Below, piece after piece: positions 1 through 18,248 of a stretch of DNA of 64,000 nucleotides (position 1 is the stretch's first letter; each line of letters begins with the position of its first letter). A program made the position numbers and the translations under genes. The DNA lies in the NCBI RefSeq assembly GCF_009914755.1, contig NC_060940.1. The stretch is one strand, 5' to 3'. Under the pieces are notes generated by a model. That model made no database searches, was not told where the DNA came from, and saw only the letters and a list, made by a program, of their open reading frames with translations. This DNA is from the human T2T-CHM13v2.0 reference genome, Homo sapiens.

Positions 1-400
1 CAACCTCTGCCTCCCAGGTTCAAGCCATCCTCCTGCCTCAGCCTCCCAAGTAGCTGGAAGTACAGGCATGCACCACCACGCCCAGCTAATTTTTGTATTT
101 TTAGTAGAGACGGGATTTCACCATGTTGATCAGGCTGGTCCCAAACTCCTGGCGTCAGGTGATCCTCCCACCTCAGCCTTCCAAAGTGCTGGGATTGCAG
201 GTGTGAGCCACCTTGCCCGGCAGTAAGTGCTATTGTTGTCCACATATTACAAATAGAGAAACTGAGTCAAAGTGAAAATAGCAAATTGCCTAGTGTCACA
301 CAGCTAGTAAATGGCAGAGCAAGGATTTGAACCCAGGCAGTCCTCCTCAGCATCATCTTCTTACTGATTGGTTGCCCCCTGCTGTGTGTGTATAACTGAT

Positions 401-791
401 TGTTATGGATTAAATATTTGTGTCTCCCAAGAATTCATATGTCAAAGTCCTAACCCCTAATGTGATGGCATTGGGAGGTGAGACCTTTAAGAGGCCTTTA
501 AGGGTTAGATGAGGTCATGAGATAATGAGGGTCAGGTGGGGCCCTGATCCAATGGGATTAGTTTCCTTGTAAGACGCAACACCAGAGAGCTTGCTCTCAT
601 GTGGTCAGGTGAGCACACAGCAAGATGGCGGCCACCTACAGGCCAAGAGAAGAGGCCTCAGAATGAAACCTACCTTTCTGACACCTCGATGTTGGACTTC
701 CCAGTCTCCAGAACTGTGAGAAATAAATTTATGTTGTTTACGTCACTCAATCTACAGTATATTTTTATGGCAGCCTGGCAGGTCTAATACA
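401..791 (+). mobile_element. MaLR solo LTR (MST/MLT1A type)
   Basis: TGTTATGG start; 'ttggacttcccagtctccagaactgtgagaaataaatt' core; ...ctaataca end. Confidence 0.8.
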
Positions 792-800
792 CTTAGGTCA

Positions 801-1127
<327 letters not shown>

Positions 1128-2351
1128 CTATTAGGACTCCACAGCACCTCCCTTGACCCTGTTCCATCAAAGCTTTTGGGCTCAGAAACGATGAAGGAAA
1201 GGGACTCCTGCCATGCCCAGACAGTGAGACACCACACGGAGGACACCTCTTCTGGCCTTAGCTTTCATGTGCCAAAAATTCCCTTTGTACTTCATTTAAA
1301 TATTAATTTGTTATTAAATCAACCTTAATCCATGTCAGAAAGAAATGTTCCTTTTATAACTACACCACACTCTTATAGCATCTGTTGTCCTCTGGTGACC
1401 TTGAACTCTATATCCATATATACAGGCTGTTTTCCTTTCATTAAATAGCCAGGGGCCTTTTCACGATAATTTATAATCTGTGTAAAAATAACTTTTTTTT
1501 TTTTCTTAAGACAGAGTTTTGCTCTTGTCACCCAGGCTGGAGTATAATGGTGTGGTCTTGGCTCACTGCAACACTGCAACCTCCACCTTCCGGGTTCAAG
1601 CGATTCTCCTGCCTCAGTCTTCTGAGTAGCTGGGATTACAGGCACCCACCACCACACTAATGTTTGTATTTTTAGTAGAGACAGGGTTTCACCATGTTGG
1701 CCAGGCTGGTCTCAAACTCCTGACCTAATGTAATCCACATGCCTCAGCCTCCCAAAGTGCTGGGATTAGAGGCATGAGCCACCACATCCAGCCAAAAATA
1801 ACTCTTCACAGTACAAGAAAGTAAAAGTCTCCTGAACATCCTACCACATAAAAATAACCATGATTAGCAATTGGGTGTATATGCTTCCAAGATTTCTTAT
1901 ACCTTTATAAATATAGAGACACTACATAGTTTTTACAGAGTTGTAATATGAACAGAAGCACAATTTACTCTTCTTAAAATTATCTCTTGCACCTCTTTGC
2001 ACATTTCTATGATCATTTTAATAATTATTTTATTGCAATATGCCTGCCTAATGATAGTAAAGTGTGCGTTACAGCTGCTTTCGGTAAGGAATGTGATAAA
2101 GTCACCTACTATACAATGAGCTCTGTAACAAAAAACAAGAATGGTTCATATTTTAACACCCGAATTTACGTAATAACGTAGTCATTTCAGGCAGGTGCAC
2201 AAAACGGGTTTCTGGCAATATTGAAATAGCCACTGGGGGGCAGCAGAGTGAAGTAGAAGAAACAACTGTCAAAGCGCCTGGGTTCTCTAAGTTCGGCAAC
2301 TGCCTTACCTAGAAATCAGTTTCCACATCTGTAAAACGAAGGGGTGGACTA

Positions 2352-3274
2352 CAGTGGCAGCTCCCAAAGTGTGGAGCACACCCAGCGGCATCTGCAACAC
2401 CTGGGAACTTGTTAGAAACGCAGATTGCCAGGCTGCTCCCGGACCTCCTGAATCAGAGACTGGGTGGGGCTCCGAAATCCAGGGATCCCCAGACTCCGGG
2501 TCACAGATGGGGACCACCGGGACCCTGGCCTGTTAGGAACCAGCCACAGCAGGAGGTGAGCAGCAGGCCAGTGAGCATTACCGCCTGAGCTCTGCCTCCT
2601 GCCAGATCAGAAGCGGCATTAGATTCTCCTAAGAGCAAACCCTATTGTGCACTGTGCATGCAAGGGACCTAGTCTGTGCGCTCTTTATGAGAATCTAATG
2701 CCTGATGATCTGTCACTGTCTCTCATCACCCCCAGATGGGACCGTCTAGTTGCAGGAAAACAAGCTCAGAGCTCCCACTGATTTCACATTATGGTGAGTT
2801 CTATAGTTATTTCATTATATATTACAATGTAATAATAGAAATAAAGTGCACAGACCGGGCGTGGTGGCTCACGCCTGTAGTCCCAGTACTTTAAGAGGCC
2901 ATGGCAGGCGGATCACGAGGTTAAGAGAATGAGATCATCCTGGCCACATGGTGAAACCCCGTCTCTACTACAAATACAATAAATAGCTGGGCGTGGTGGC
3001 GTGCACCTGTAGTCCCAGCTACTCAGGAGGCTGAGGCAGAGAATTGCTTGAACCTGGGAGGCAGAGGTTGCAGTGAGCCAAGATCGTGCTACCGCACTCC
3101 AGCCTGGCAACAGAGCGACACTCCATCAAGAAAGGAGAGGAGAGGGGAAGGGGAAAGGGATGGGGGGGGGAGGGGGAGGGAGGGAGGGAAGGAGGAAAGA
3201 AAGAAAGAGAGAGAGTGAGAAAGAGAAGAAAGAAAGGAAGGAAGGAGGGAAGAAAGAAAGAGAGAGACAGAAAG

Positions 3275-3345
<71 letters not shown>

Positions 3346-3604
3346 AAAGGAAGGAGAAGGAAGGTAGGGAGGGAGGGAGGGAGGGAGGAAGGGAGGGAAG
3401 GAAGGAAGAGCACAATAAATGTCATGCACTTGAATCATCCTGAAACAATCCCCCGGCCCCAGTCCACGGAAAAAAATTGTCTTCCACAAAACCGGTCCCT
3501 GATGCCAAAAAATTGTCTTCCACAAAACTGGAGCGCTGCCACAAGCTGTATTTGAACAGGCCCTCCCTGTGATTTAGATGCACCCTCCAGTTTGAGAACA
3601 ACTG
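2352..3604 (+). mobile_element. MER5A (2352-2479 and 3539-3604) interrupted by MER1A (2480-3538), itself interrupted by an Alu plus GA microsatellite (2853-3408)
   Basis: Both halves of each element match the recalled consensus and resume at the break points. Confidence 0.8.
3130..3408 (+). repeat. Purine-rich (GAAA)n/(GGAA)n/(GGGA)n microsatellite expanded from an Alu tail
   Basis: Direct reading. Confidence 0.95.
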
Positions 3605-3897
3605 AGCTAGATGATCCCAAAGGGCTCCCTCGTATCTAATTGCATGCCACCTTCTCCTTGGTCAGGGCTGCCACATGTTGAGACCCCTGGGCCTTAAAAT
3701 ACATTTATCTTCTTATTTTTGCTTGAGCTTGCTTAGGACGGATTCTTTTCCTTGGAAACAAAAATATGCATTCACAGGCTAGGCTCGGTGGCTGACGCCT
3801 GTAATCCCAGTACTTTGGGAGGCCAAGGCAGGTGGATCACTTGAGGTCAGGAGTTCAAGACCAGCCTAGTCAACATGGTAAAACCCCATCTCTACTA

Positions 3898-4149
<252 letters not shown>

Positions 4150-4856
4150 TCAAATGTCAAATGTGTTTGGGGACTTTATGGTGATGTGTGGGAAACTGCT
4201 GTGAAATTATTGATGGCTTTATCAAAATTTCATTTAATATTATTTTCATGTCATCGTTTCGATTTTAAGCAAATTGAAAAGGGCCACAAAAAGTGGAATG
4301 GAAGGGGGTAGAATTGAGACTTGACTGGAAGGAAGAAGAGAGAGATGGAGAGGAAGGAAAATGAGAGAGAGCGTGTTTGCTCATCTGGTCTTGGGAACTC
4401 ATAACCACCCTGCAATCCAGTGTTCTCAATCCTGGCTGCATTGAAATCACCTGAGAAGCATTAAAATCAGGCCATACCTCAGGCCACACCCCAGAACAAT
4501 AACATCAGATTCTCTGAGGGTGGCACCTGGCAGGGATGTTACTAATCTAGAGGCAGGTTTGAGAACCACTGCTTTATCTCCTGCCGCTCCAGGTGTGCTC
4601 ACCAGAGCAGCGGTTCCAGAATCACCTGGAAGCTTGTTGGAAGTGCAGCGTCAGCTGGGCGCAATGGCTCACACCTGTAATCCAAACACTTTGGGAGGCC
4701 AAGGGAAGAAGGAGGAAGAAGAGGAAGATGGGAGTCCTGGGCCTCAACCAAGAGCTCCTGAATCAGAATCTGCATTTAAGATCCCCAGGTGATCTGTATG
4801 CATATTTAAGTTCGAAGTAGCTGTCCCTTTCTTTTCTTTTCTGTTCTTTTTTTTAG

Positions 4857-5159
<303 letters not shown>

Positions 5160-5604
5160 TAGTAGAGACAGGGTTTTACCATGTTGGCCATGCTGGTCTC
5201 AAACTGACCTCAGGTGATCTGCCTGCCTTGGCCTCCCAAAGTGCTGGGATTACAGGTGTGAACCACCGTGCCCAGCCATTTTTTTGTATTTTTTGCAGAG
5301 ACAAGGGTCTCATGATGTTGACCAGGCTGGTATCAAACTCCTGGCCTCAAATGATCCTCCCATCTTGGCCTCCCAAAGTGCTGGGATTACAGGCATGAGC
5401 CACCGCGCCTGGCTGAGACAGCTTTCTGATTAAATTTTGATCTCCCCAGGGTCTGTTCCTTTGCTATTTTCTGTCTGGGCTTCGATGTTACACTTACCTC
5501 AGTATTTGAGATGCCATCTGCTGTGACTGGACTTAAATCCCGACTAATGCTGTGTGTTTTCTCCCAAAGGCTAAGCTAGGCTGTTCTCCCCATTTCTCTG
5601 GCTA

Positions 5605-6298
<694 letters not shown>

Positions 6299-7354
6299 GA
6301 GCGCTGAGAGCTGGTGGACACGACACCCCCTCCCCAGTCCAAACCAATGGGGTCTTGATTATATTAATAGCAGCTACCACTTATCAGGTCTTGCACTGAG
6401 CCGTTTACCTGCATTATCTCATTACAGCAACCCTACAAGGCAGGTGCTCTCATTAGCCCCATTTCACAGATGGGGAAACTGAGATTTGATTTGTCCAAGG
6501 CAAGTCGGTGGAGCTGGGACTTAAATGTAGATCCATCCACCTATGCCATCTCTCCACCTGGGATGAATAAAGGGAATAAGGAAAGAAAGGTGCCGGTAGC
6601 CACAGAAAACTCCCCATTTTCCACATTACAATCACTAAATTCTAGAGCTGATCTCACCCTGAGGGATTCTCTGAGGCAGAGATCTGTTTCTAGGATGCCT
6701 TCTGGTACCCACCCAGATGATGCAAAGATTTCAGAAGGAAAACAAAAAAGACTGGAGGAAAACAATGGAAGGGCAGAAGTGAGATTGGAACCCTGGTATA
6801 ACTGAGAGCAATGTTTCTAATCATTAAGAGCATTGATTCAGGCCTACTGCAGTTTGAAGCCCAGCTCTGTGAGATGTTTGCTCTCCACCAAGTTACTTAA
6901 CTTCTCTGTGAGGCCGCTATACACAGTTCTGCAGTGCACACTCTGTACTCCCATACTGTACAGAGACAGGGTGCCTCTCCCTCTCTGAGCCTCTAATAAA
7001 TGGGAGGTTTTCTTTGTTCATCGTAGCACATCATAATAAACATGAGTGAAAGAAAGAGGATGATTGTGAAAGTTAAATGAGAAGTGGTATACCAACTGAT
7101 TTGCATACATCCTGGTGGAAACCAAGCACTCATTCATTAATGAATGCTCTTAGAGTTAGAATGAAGACTACCTAGTTGACCACAGTCAGCCTGGCTCCAC
7201 CCTCTCAGAGCGATATTGACATATTCAGACATGCCCACAGGAGAGCTGCCAGGTCCAGGGAAAAGATTTGAAAGTGTGTCTCATGAGGAAAAGAGATCTG
7301 CTTAACTTCGAGTAAAGAAGACTCAGGGGAAGTGAGGGCTGAACGTTAATAACC

Positions 7355-7945
7355 ACGTTGAGAATAACTATTCACAACAGCCAAGACATGGAATCATCCT
7401 AAGTGTCCAACACGTCAGTGGATGAATGGATTTTTTTTTTAATTTGGTGGATACACAATGGAATGCTCTTCAGCTTTGAAAAAGAAGGAAATTCTATCAT
7501 ATGGGACCCCATGGATGAACTTGGAGGATCTTATGCTAAGTGCAATAAGCTAGGCACAGAAAGACAAATACTGTATGACCTCATTTATATTATGAATCTG
7601 AAAAACAAATAAACAAACGTCATACTCATGGAAGCAGAGCCTTAGAATGGTTGGTACCAGGGGCTGGAGGTGGGAAGGGAGTTGGAGAGACTTGGACAAA
7701 GGACACAATGTTTCAGTTAAATAGGAAAATAGGTTCTGGAGATCTATTGTACATGCTGACTACAGTTAATAACAATGTATCATATACTCAAAAATTGCTA
7801 AGAGTAGATTTTAAGTGTTCTCACCGCAAAAAAAGTATGTGAGGTAATGATAACTTAATTAGCTTGATTTAGCCATTCCACAATGAATATATATCTCAAA
7901 ACATGTTGCACACCATAGATATAATTTTTATTTATCAATTTAAAA
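7355..7945 (+). mobile_element. L1M (MA/MB-type) 3' fragment
   Basis: L1 3' motifs 'ctattcacaacagccaag', 'gtagattttaagtgttctcacc', A-rich tail. Confidence 0.8.
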
Positions 7946-8031
7946 AAATAAATTATAAAAGAAAAATAGGCTTGGCGTGGTAGTTCATGCCTCTAATCCC
8001 AGCACTTTGGGAGGCCGAGGCGGGCGGATCA

Positions 8032-8280
<249 letters not shown>

Positions 8281-9137
8281 TCATTGAGCACTTACTATGT
8301 GTCAAGTGTGCAAATCCCTACAAAGACCTTAATGCAGTAGGCATATTTTTATCTCCCATTTTACAGATGGGGAAGCGGAAGTATAGAGAGGTGATGTAAA
8401 AATAGCAAAGATCACACCATTAGTAAGCAGCAGGGAAGGATTAAGCCACGAAGTCTGGCTCGAGGTCCCATGTTCTTAATCATGAGGCTATTTTTGTGTG
8501 TGTGAAACCATAGAAAAATGAGACACATGCTAATAAGTGAAAATTACTAAAGGTAGGTGAAACAGATGTAATTGTTTCCTATGAGTACATTCCCTAAGAG
8601 TGGCTCATTTGAAAAACCTTAAGGTAATATGGGATGGGAGCAGTGTGGCAATAATAAGACCTTGAGAGACGGACACAAGAGGATTGAATGATGGCCCAGC
8701 ACAGTGGCTCACGCCTGTAATCTCAGCACTTTGGAAGTCCAAGATGGGTGGATCACTTGAGGTCAGGAGTTTGAGACCAGCCTGGCCAACATGGCGAAAC
8801 CCAGTCTCCACTAAAAATACAAAAATTAGCTGGGTGTGGTGGCACACGCCTGTAATCCCAGCTACTTGGGAGGCTGAGGCAGGAGGATCTCTTGAATCTG
8901 GAGGTGGAGGTTGTAGTGAGCTGGTATTGCACCACTGCCCTCCAGCCTGGACAACAAAGTGAGACTCTGTCTCAAAAAAAAAAAAAAAAAACAGGATTGA
9001 ATGGGCCAGGCGTGGTGGCTCATGCCTGTAATCCCAGCAGTTTGGGAGGCCAAGGCAGGCAGACCACCTGAGGTCAGCAGTTCAAGAGGTCAGGAGTTTG
9101 AGACCAGCCTGACCAACATGGCAAAACCCCATCTCTA

Positions 9138-9350
<213 letters not shown>

Positions 9351-9912
9351 TCACCACCTCCTTCCCATTGCCCACTCCCTTCCTGACACCCCTGGAATGT
9401 AGAGTTCCTGTCCCTCCTCCCCTGCTGGGAATGGTTTTAGGGAGGATCACATTACAGTCACTAAATTCTAGAGCTGATCTCATCCAGGGGCTCCCCAGCT
9501 AAGAGTCTGATAACAAGTGGTTCTCATATATGGGGACCCATGAGTTATTTCCAACACTTGACTCAACTTAAACGGAAATCACACATTCACTTTGGAACAG
9601 GACCCAGTCCTGAGTATTTAAAATGTTTCATTTCTGTGCTGAGAGACAGAATTAGCACTTGATAAGGTTGCATAAAATGCCTGGCACACAGGAGATGCTC
9701 AGAAAGCATTTATCCTTTCACCCAGCTTCATAACCTCTTCATAAAAAAAGTTGCAGACACCTCTCCTCACATGCACAGAGAAATATGGGACTATTCAAAG
9801 AGATGGACCAGCCACCTCCCTTCCCTCCCTGGGTGTTTTGCTGCTCAGAGAATTCTGATGCTTAGATCACATCTTGGGAAAGGGCTCCAAGGCCCAGAGC
9901 TCATGCGCTTGC

Positions 9913-10052
9913 CTGTGGATGGTGGAGGTATTCCTCATGTTAAAGTTGGAGGAGCTGATCCTCTCCAGAAACGCCTGGGCCAGCTCAGGTGTGATGTCAT
10001 AGACCATGTCCAGCTGCTTGGTGGCGTTGTCATAGCTGATAAACAGCCCAAT
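9913..10052 (-). CDS. OTOA: Otoancorin exon 11 (140 nt, IGLFISYDNATKQLDMVYDITPELAQAFLERISSSNFNMRNTSTIH); alternative 3' end at 9871
   Basis: ctag|ATTGGG; ends at GC donor CAG|gcaagc (9913) or GT donor GAT|gtgatc (9871), both phase 2. Confidence 0.92.
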
Positions 10053-10056
10053 CTAG

Positions 10057-10509
<453 letters not shown>

Positions 10510-10928
10510 TGATTTCTTAGTGGTCTGTAACTGCTACTTTAGTTTCCTCCTCAACCTAACTATTCTTTAGGAAAGAATTATTTTTTAATATCTGAGAAAC
10601 TGGGCTTTTTAAAAGCTAATCTTTGCACATTTATTTCTAGATTTGTTATATGGAGGTCAGAGAATGTGGTCCACAAACTTTCTGCTTTGAAGAATCAGAA
10701 TTTTTTTAATAGATGAATGAGTTTATAAATGGCCCTTGGGTGATGGAAAAGAGTATGTGTTCTCTTTGTAAGACACAAAGTTTGGTGCATATATATTCAA
10801 CTTATTAAATATACTATTCAGATTCCCAACATTCTTGTTCCTTTTTGGCCCACATGTCCAAGGGTGCCACGTGCAAGTCTTCTACTACTACAGGACTCAT
10901 ATCTATCTATTCTTCCTTGTATTTCTAG

Positions 10929-11133
<205 letters not shown>

Positions 11134-11454
11134 TAGCTGGGATTACAGGCATGTGCAAACATGCCCAGCTAATTATTGTATTTTTAGTAGAGACGGGGTT
11201 TCGCCATGTTGGCCAGGCTGGTCTTGAACACCTGACCTCACATGATCCACCCGCCTCAGCCTCCCAAAGTGCTGGGAGTAGAGGCGTGAGCCACTGCGCC
11301 CGGCCAAGACACAGTCTCACTCTTTTACCCAGGCTTGGGTGCAGTGGTGTGATCATGGCTTATTGCAGCCTCGACCTCCTGGGCTCAAGTGATCCTCCCA
11401 CCTCAGCCTCCCAAGTAGCTGAGACCTCAGGCACACACCACTACACCTGGCTAA

Positions 11455-11634
<180 letters not shown>

Positions 11635-11867
11635 TAAAGTTGTCTCTCCTTTGTGGATCGTACTCTTTGTCCATATAAAATTCCTTTTTAGGCTGGGTGC
11701 GGTGTCTCACACCTGTAATACCAGCACTTTGGGAGGCTGAGGCAAGGCAGATCACCTGAGGTCAAGAGTTCAAGACCAGCCTGGCCAACATGGTGAAACC
11801 TCGTCTCTGCTAAAAATATAAAAATTAGCCAGGCATGGTGGCATGTGCCTGTAATCCCAGCTACTCA

Positions 11868-12008
<141 letters not shown>

Positions 12009-12626
12009 TTAGCAGTGTTATTCTTGACTTCTCCCTTCTCTACATTTTTAGCGAATAAAAAGTTGCAAATGAGTGCTTGACCTTAGAAATTTCCTCTAGG
12101 GGGCTCAGCTTTCTAAGAATTTAAGCTGTTACCTACTCAAAGCAACTCTACATTGAGAGAGTAAATGGCAGTGGGGTGCGGGGTTAATTCTAGGACTGCG
12201 GGTTATAAAAATCGGAAGACACTTGAAATACTCCCAGCCCCCTAGGTAAAAGAGAGAAAGCTCGTTCTGCCTCTGGTTTCATAATAACCACACATTGCTG
12301 GGTCAATGGGTCCTTGAACAGGCCAGTCATTTGATGCAAACACTTCTCTCACTGGCCAGAAGAGTCAGGGCACATATGACTTAAAAAAGAAGAAGAAGAA
12401 GAAGAAAAATTGGAAGCAAGGCCCACAGTCTCTTCATGAATCCCTTTGTGTTGGCAGCATTCTTTGGAGACCGCATTCAAGAATCATGATGCCCAAGGGA
12501 TTTTAGTGTCATTGGGTCAACATCAAAAGGAGAGGGACAGGTTGACTAGTGAGTTAAGTAATCCTAGAATGTGTGTATTTCTCCACTGTAAACTCTAGAA
12601 TTAAAATCTAACCATTGCTCATGCTC

Positions 12627-12672
12627 AAGTAGCTATTAACAGAAGTAGCTATAAATAGAAGTAGCTATTAAT
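12627..12672 (+). repeat. 16-bp unit tandem repeat AAGTAGCTATTAACAG, about 3 copies
   Basis: Units start at 12627, 12643 and 12659. Confidence 0.85.
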
Positions 12673-13066
12673 CCATTTTGCTTTTGCTTTGAGTTCATGA
12701 TCCCAAGGATGGGAAACTTTATATCTTTTGTCCTTGGCCTTCTCCAGTACAAAAATACCCTTAAATGATTTTTGGTTCATAGCCAACAATCCCTTTAAAT
12801 CATGTTTGCTCACATCAGAGATGTGATCTTAGTTGTCCACAATTCTTTTTCTTTTCTTAGCCCTTCCACACTAAAACAATCCCATGACTGCCCACTTGAA
12901 ACTTTCTTCCAATAGTTTTCTTCAGAGGCCCAAGGTCTATTGGGCTGAGGAGGGTACACAATTTCCAAGGCACCTTGACTGGCTGGATGAACATTAGAGT
13001 TTGAGAATACACCTTACCCCAAGTGTATTAGTAATGGTGACATATAAATGTACTTTTCCAACTTAC

Positions 13067-13167
13067 TTCTATAGGACTAATTTTCGTAATTTCTTCAAAC
13101 GATAGGTGAACCATGTATCTGCCCAAAACCCATAAGTGTTCCGCACTGACCCATGAAGCAGAGTCAT
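13067..13167 (-). CDS. OTOA: Otoancorin exon 10 (101 nt, DDSASWVSAEHLWVLGRYMVHLSFEEITKISPIE)
   Basis: tag|ATGACT...GAA|gtaagt; in frame; absent from the ORF track. Confidence 0.93.
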
Positions 13168-14236
13168 CTACAAAAAATAAAGAAATGAATAAATGAGTAC
13201 ATACATAAATAAAAGCCTTTACACTGGTATGTGATAGTCAACAGCATCTTTGCTGTCAAGACCTACTTCTTGCATTCATTAATTCGTTATTTTGTTTTTC
13301 GGGGTTTTTTGAGACAGAATCTCACTCTGTTGCCTAGGTTGGAGTGCAGTGGTGTGATCTCAGCTCATCTCAACCTCCGCCTGCCGGTTCAAGCGATTCT
13401 CCTGCCTCAGTCTCCCAAGTAGCTGGGATTACAGGCACCCACCACCATGCCCAGCTAATTTTTGTATTTTTAGTAGAGACAGAGTTTCACCATGTTGGTC
13501 AGGCTGGTCTCAAACTCCTGACCTCAGGTGATCTGCCCGCCTCTTGCCTCCCCAAGTGCTGGGATTACAGGCATGAGCCACCATGCCCAGCCACATTAAT
13601 TTGTTATTAACTCATTCAACAATCATATACGTAGGGCCTACCTGTGAGATCACACGTAGGATGTGAACACAGATTCGCACCACCTCAGACCTTGTTACTC
13701 AATAGTGTGGTCTTTGGAATTGCAACATCTGTGTCACCTGGCCACTTGTTAGAAATACAGATTATTCTTTCTGGCCAGGCACCTGTAATCTCAGCATTTT
13801 GGGAGGCTGAGGCAGGAGGATTGCTTGAGGCCAGGAGTTTGAGACCAGCCTGAGCAATATATCAAGACCCTCATCGCTACAAAAAAAAAAAAAAAAAAAA
13901 AAAAAGCCAGCTGTAGTCCCAGCTACTCAGGAAACTGAGAAGGGAGGATTGCTTGAAACCAGGAATTTGAGGCTACAGTGAGCTATGTGCTCACTCTACT
14001 GCACTCCAGCCTGGGCAACAGAGTGAGACCCTGTCTCTTTAAAAAAGTAATAATAATTAAAAATAAATAAATAAATAAGAAATGCAGGTTATTTTTAATA
14101 CTTAAAACCCACAAAATGTAGTTTTATTTTTTCATTCGATTGGTTACTAAATAATCTGGAAACATGAGGCCAGATGTGGTGGCTCACACCTGTAATCACG
14201 AAATCCCGTCTCTACTAAAAATACAAAGAAAAATTA

Positions 14237-14422
<186 letters not shown>

Positions 14423-14935
14423 TCACTACCACTAGTAAGGATCATCCTCACTGATTATCACCATGTTACTATACTTGAACCAAAGCAAACTACTTGTACC
14501 TCCCCAAAACATTCTCCAAATCTTGGCTGGCCTTGGCCCTGCTCACCACCTACAATGCTTTTCCTTACCCCTTCTGCATCCAAATCCTACTTTAAGATCA
14601 AGCTCAAATTTTCCTCTCCCTTAAAGCCTTCTCTTATCTCCTTCACGAGAAGTACTTTCTCCCTCCACTGAATTCCCAGAGGACTCTCTCTGACACCCCG
14701 TTCTGGCTTTTGAAATTCCCCATCACTGAGATGTCAGTGGAATTTTAAAAACCATCAAGTCAGCCAGGTGCGGTGGCTCAAGCCTGTAATCCCAGAACTT
14801 TGGGAGGCCGAGGCAGGTGGATCACAAGGTCAGGAGATCGAGAGCATACTGGTCAACATGGCGAAACCCCATCTCTAATAAAACTACAAAAATTAGCCAG
14901 GCGTGGTAGCGCACGCCTGTAGTCCCAGCTACTCA

Positions 14936-15088
<153 letters not shown>

Positions 15089-16399
15089 TCAAGTCTAGGA
15101 TCAGACTTCAAGTTTCACTGAGCTGGAAGTGGCTGCCAATGCTCCCCAGCTCTTTAGCAAAAGACATTTACACACGATATTGTATTGGAGGCATTTGGGG
15201 AAAATGAAGGAAGTGGGGAGCATTTACAGGGTGCAGTGACTCTAACATCAAGAGCTATTTGCAGAAGCCGTGGGCAATGACAGATGCCAAAACAAGATGG
15301 AGAAATCAACTTTTATATAGACTGATTCACAAGAAAATATGGAGTGCCTCTCCCAAACCAGGAATCAAAGATGTTGGGGTGACACAGGCAGACTCCTACG
15401 ATCCTCTAGATGGGGACCCTGGACATTTGCCTTGCCTATATAGAGGGCTGGAAACTTTTGAGGCTAGAACCACACATTCACAAAGAACCAAGCTTAGTTG
15501 TTTATTTTTTAACTTATTACTAAGCATAAACTGTATTTCTGTAGATCAATCATCCCCAAGCTTGGGATTTTTTTTTTTCTTCCTCTGTTGTCCAGGCTGG
15601 AGTGCAGTTGGATGATCATAGCTCACTGAAGCCTCAAACTCCTGCCTCAGCCTCCCTAGTAGCTAGGACTACAGGCACACATCACCACATCAGGCTAATC
15701 TTTTAATTTTTTTGTATGGGGGGGGGGGTCTCACTACATTGCCCAGGCTGGCCTTGAACTCCTGGCCTCAAGCAATCCTCCTTCCTCAGCCTTCCAAAAT
15801 GCTAGGATTAGAGGTGTAAGCGACCACACCTGGCCAGCAAGGTTGGGATATTTTTAACAGCCAAAGTATTTCCAGTTCCCTCAAGGGCCTTCATGAAAAA
15901 ACAATTTAAGTCCAAACAGAATTAATTTTAACTCACTGTAGTTTAATAATGAAGCGCACCGTATAAGAATTTTAGAAGGAAAGTCTGTGCCTAATTAAAC
16001 TCTGGCAATAAAGACAGAGAAGTCTGAAGGTAGAGAGGCTTTCTCATGGTTACCCAGTGTGAGACTCTGATTCCTGGAGACCACAATTATGCACCAGGCA
16101 GAGGGAATTCTACTATGCATTTGAGACTTTGATTATGATGTTGTTTAATGTTCATTATGCACAAATCTCAGAGCTGAATTCCAGGAAAAGATTGATTGGC
16201 ATTCCCCATCCTCCAGCCCCATCTGCTTTCCTTATGTTTTCCCCACACCGAGCTCATTCCCGTCTCAGGGCCTTTGTATTTCCTGGGATTTCTCTCTGGG
16301 ATGCCCTTTCTCCAGAGCCTTACGTGACTGGTTCCATCTCCTCATTTTGGTCTTGATTCAAATGTCACCCACTTGAGAGGTCTTCCCTGATTCCTTAGT

Positions 16400-17045
<646 letters not shown>

Positions 17046-17055
17046 TTCTAGTCTA

Positions 17056-17184
<129 letters not shown>

Positions 17185-17798
17185 TCACATCTCTACTAAA
17201 AATACAAAAATCAGCTGGACATGGTGGCAGGCACCTATACTCTCAGCTATTCAGGAGCTGAGAGAATCACTTGAACTCTGGAGGCAGAGGTTGCAGTGAG
17301 CCGAGATTGTGCCACTGCACTCCAGCCTGGGTGACAGAGTAAGACTCCGTCTCAACAAACTATTTTATTTTCTTCATAGCCGCTACCAGTATCTAAATTT
17401 CTAAGTTCTCTCTCTCTCTTTATTTACTTACATGTTTAAAAAAATTGTCTCCACCAACACTCCCACAATAAAACAATAGGGCCGTAAGAGCAGAGACTTT
17501 GTTTTGTTTCCTTCTCTATCTTCAGCTATTGATACATAATGGGCTTTTAAAAAGTTTATTCTGTTTACATTACTGACATTAAAGGTTTAACAAATTGAAG
17601 CTATCTGAGAAATTGTTTGTATTGCTAATCTATATAGCCATTCTTTTCTATCGCTGTTTTGTTTGTTTGTTTGTTTGTTTGCTTGTTTTGCGACAAGGTC
17701 TCACTACATCACTCAGGCTGGAATGCAGTGGCACAATCCCAGCTCACTGCAAGTTCTGCCTCCCGGGCTCAAGTGATTCTCCCACCTCAGCCTCCTGA

Positions 17799-18248
<450 letters not shown>

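Noticed and set aside
3019-3555. Long overlapping ORFs rich in K/E/R or F/L/S
   Set aside because: Translations of the (GAAA)n microsatellite and an Alu
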